Assembly: GCF_009914755.1 (NCBI RefSeq)
Contig: NC_060944.1
Strand: one strand, 5' to 3'
From: the human T2T-CHM13v2.0 reference genome, Homo sapiens
DNA: 64,000 bases
Shown here piece by piece: positions 61,745-64,000 of this stretch. Each line of letters starts with the position of its first letter. Within the stretch, counting starts at the first letter, position 1. Below the pieces are notes generated by a model. It was not told the origin of the DNA, did not search any database, and saw only the letters and a program-made list of their open reading frames with translations. Both the position numbers and the translations under genes were made by a program.

Positions 61745-61946
61745 CATGCTTCCAACCTAGGGCGACGTCTTTCTTGGGACACTGGGCAAGTGGTGGTATC
61801 TGTGGTTGTCACAGCTCGGTGGGGGGCACCACCAGCATTGCATGGGTGGAGGCCAGGAATGCTCAGCACCCCTCAGTGCCCAGGACACCCCACAGCAGAG
61901 AACGACCCAGCCCCAGGGCTGACAGTGCCCAATTTGGGAAAAGCTT
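61745..61946 (+). mobile_element. MER20 (hAT-Charlie)
   Basis: gggacactgggcaa...tggttgtcacagct...tgggtggaggccaggaatgct...caggacaccccacagcagagaa. Confidence 0.78.
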
Positions 61947-63552
61947 CCCCAGAGCATCAGCCACAGGAGGGCAAGGGCTCCAAGAGCCACTGGAACTTAT
62001 GGCTCAGAAACCCCAGGCCACTGGAGAGCTCAGGCACGTGGCCCTCCACAGTCGGGTGTGACTGCCCGGCCCCTGGAGAGGGAAGTGTTCTCCTCTATGA
62101 CCCAGGGGTGGGGGGCCAAGAGAGGCCCCAGGGAGGAGCCCCCAGCGCCTGCTGGACTGACGGGACCTCCCCTGCCTGCCTCCATCTTGTTCCTCCCAGA
62201 CATCTAGACTCTTCTAATCACCAGCAGTCATTCCTGGCAGCTCCTCTTCCCTCTGTGCCCAGCAGAGAATGCGAGAGACAGAGAAACAGACGGACAGACA
62301 GAGAGAGGGGGAAGCAAGAGGGTCCCAGCATCCCCACCCCCCAACCCCCGTGTGGTGGGTTTTGTGGATTTAGGAAGCAGAGACTTTCTTTGTGGCCTCC
62401 CCTGCCCCCAACAGCAGGCCGAGGGAGGAATCGCTGCCTGGAACTGGGACTCGCTGCCTGGAACTGGGAAATGCTGGTGTTTTCTCTGGGTTTGATCCAG
62501 CTCAGCACAGCAGAAAGCAAACCTGGCTGTAGAGTGAGAGGGGAGGGTCTGCTGGAGTTGGGCTTGTGGGGCGCAGTGCAGAGGCTCTGGGCCACCAGTG
62601 AACACGGCCAGAGCTAGGGACACCGGAGGCCCCAAGGGGTCATAAAACCCACAAGAGCTGAGGCAGCTGCACGTCACTGTCCTGGCTGTGCAAAGGGCAG
62701 CTGAGCAGAAGGTTGAGTGAGACACGCTTCCTTCCACGCAGCAACCCGGACAGCTAAGGGGCCGGGTCCCTGGTTTTCAGCCCCTCATCCTGCAGGAGGC
62801 AAAGTCTGCGGAGCCAGAAGTGGTGAGGGAGAGACAGTGGCAGTGGACGGTCCACGAGTTTAAAGGGGTGAGCAGGGTGTTCAGGAGGGAGGGAGGGAAG
62901 ATGGCACCCCTTGGGGCTCCCCGTGTGGCCGTGCCCCTGAGCAGGGGTGATCTCTCGGTGACAGCCTGGGGGCACCCAGCGAGGGGCTCCATGCTCAGCC
63001 CCTCCCCACCCCAGGCGAGGGAACCTCAGAAAGGAGCCCTCCGCACCCCCGGACCTGCATTTGAAGGCTGAAGGGCTGAGCACCTCACCTCGGGGGCGGC
63101 TGCTGCTAGTTCCTGGGTGCCCGGGAAATTCACCTGGACAGGTGGAATGTGCCACCCAGGCAGCACCTCCTCCCAGAACAGCAGCAGCCCCGAAGGGCTG
63201 AGGGGTTTGGAGGAAGGAGAGAGCCCTGGGGTGGGGGCGGGGAAGGCTTCCTGGAGAGGGACTCAGCCTGTAGCGGGAGGTGCGGGGTTGGGACACCGGC
63301 TGGAGCCCCGGGCTAAGAGTAGGCATAGGGTAGGCCCCAGGTCCCTTCAGCCTGGAGAGTCCCTTCTCTGATAGCCTAAGGGTCAGTCTGCAGGCCCAGC
63401 ACAGAATCTGGCCAGAACGACTGCCAGCCAGAGGCAGCCCCCACCCCACCAGCTCGGTGATCCATGCTAGAGTGGACATAGGGTGCTGAGTCCCTCGGGC
63501 CCCTGCAAGGCAGCGGGGACTGAAGTCGACACATAGCACGTTCGTGCCTGTG

Positions 63553-64000
63553 CCTTGAGAGGGAGCTCACACGCCACCAAACACACCCTTTAACTGTACG
63601 CTTCAGTGGGGTTCAGTGGTCACAAGGTTGTGCAACCATCACCTTGACTTAGCTCCAGGACTCTTCCATCACCCCAGAACCATCCCATTTCTCCTCGACT
63701 CCCTTACCCCCAGCTCCCCCAGCCCCTGGCAGCCCCAAATCTTCTTTCTGCTTCTACGGATTTGCCTATTCTGGACATTTCCTGTAAGTGGGCTCCTTCC
63801 ATGCATGGCGTTTCGTGTCTGGTGTCTCTCACCGAGCGTCACCGTGGTAGTTCGTGTCTGCGTTTCATGCCTCTTAATGGCTGAATAATATTCCGCTGCA
63901 TGGGGCAACCACGTTCTCTTTGTCCATTCATCGCTCAATGGACCCTTGGCTGTTCGGCCCTTTTGGCTGCTGTTAATGGCGCTGCTTTGAACGAGGGCGT
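63553..64000 (-). mobile_element. L1MB-type 3' end, running off the window
   Basis: ttgtgcaaccatcacc...ccagcccctggcagcc...ggatttgcctattctggacatttc...atggctgaataatattcc. Confidence 0.85.

Noticed and set aside
52303-64000. Search for the next CDH4 exon or a nested gene, tRNA or snoRNA
   Set aside because: No cadherin-like peptide or structured RNA gene recognised; the next exon presumably lies beyond the window.

Overview
Human genomic DNA, almost entirely intronic. It lies within the CDH4 gene (cadherin-4/R-cadherin, distal chr20q), transcribed on the + strand. Three coding exons can be read directly with canonical AG/GT boundaries: 23030-23185 (156 nt), 31116-31260 (145 nt) and 52130-52302 (173 nt). 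They splice in frame to 158 codons covering most of EC1 and part of EC2, including the HAV, DRE, DxNDN and DxD motifs; from recall of the gene structure these are exons 5-7. The rest is GC-rich intron with Alu, MIR, L1, L2, LTR (THE1/MST/MLT/LTR16) and hAT MER relics, plus many micro- and minisatellites. A human-specific AluYb8 supports the species call. Almost all entries in the ORF track are chance or repeat-derived. I found no convincing new gene or new biological system. The best leads are regulatory or structural: a MER53 hairpin with apparently concordant changes in both arms, inverted Alus around the frame-symmetric 156-nt exon, a nested AluYb8, TF-motif-bearing tandem arrays, and homeobox-dense non-repeat islands. 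Repeat subfamily names come from recalled consensus sequences, and boundaries of old elements are approximate.
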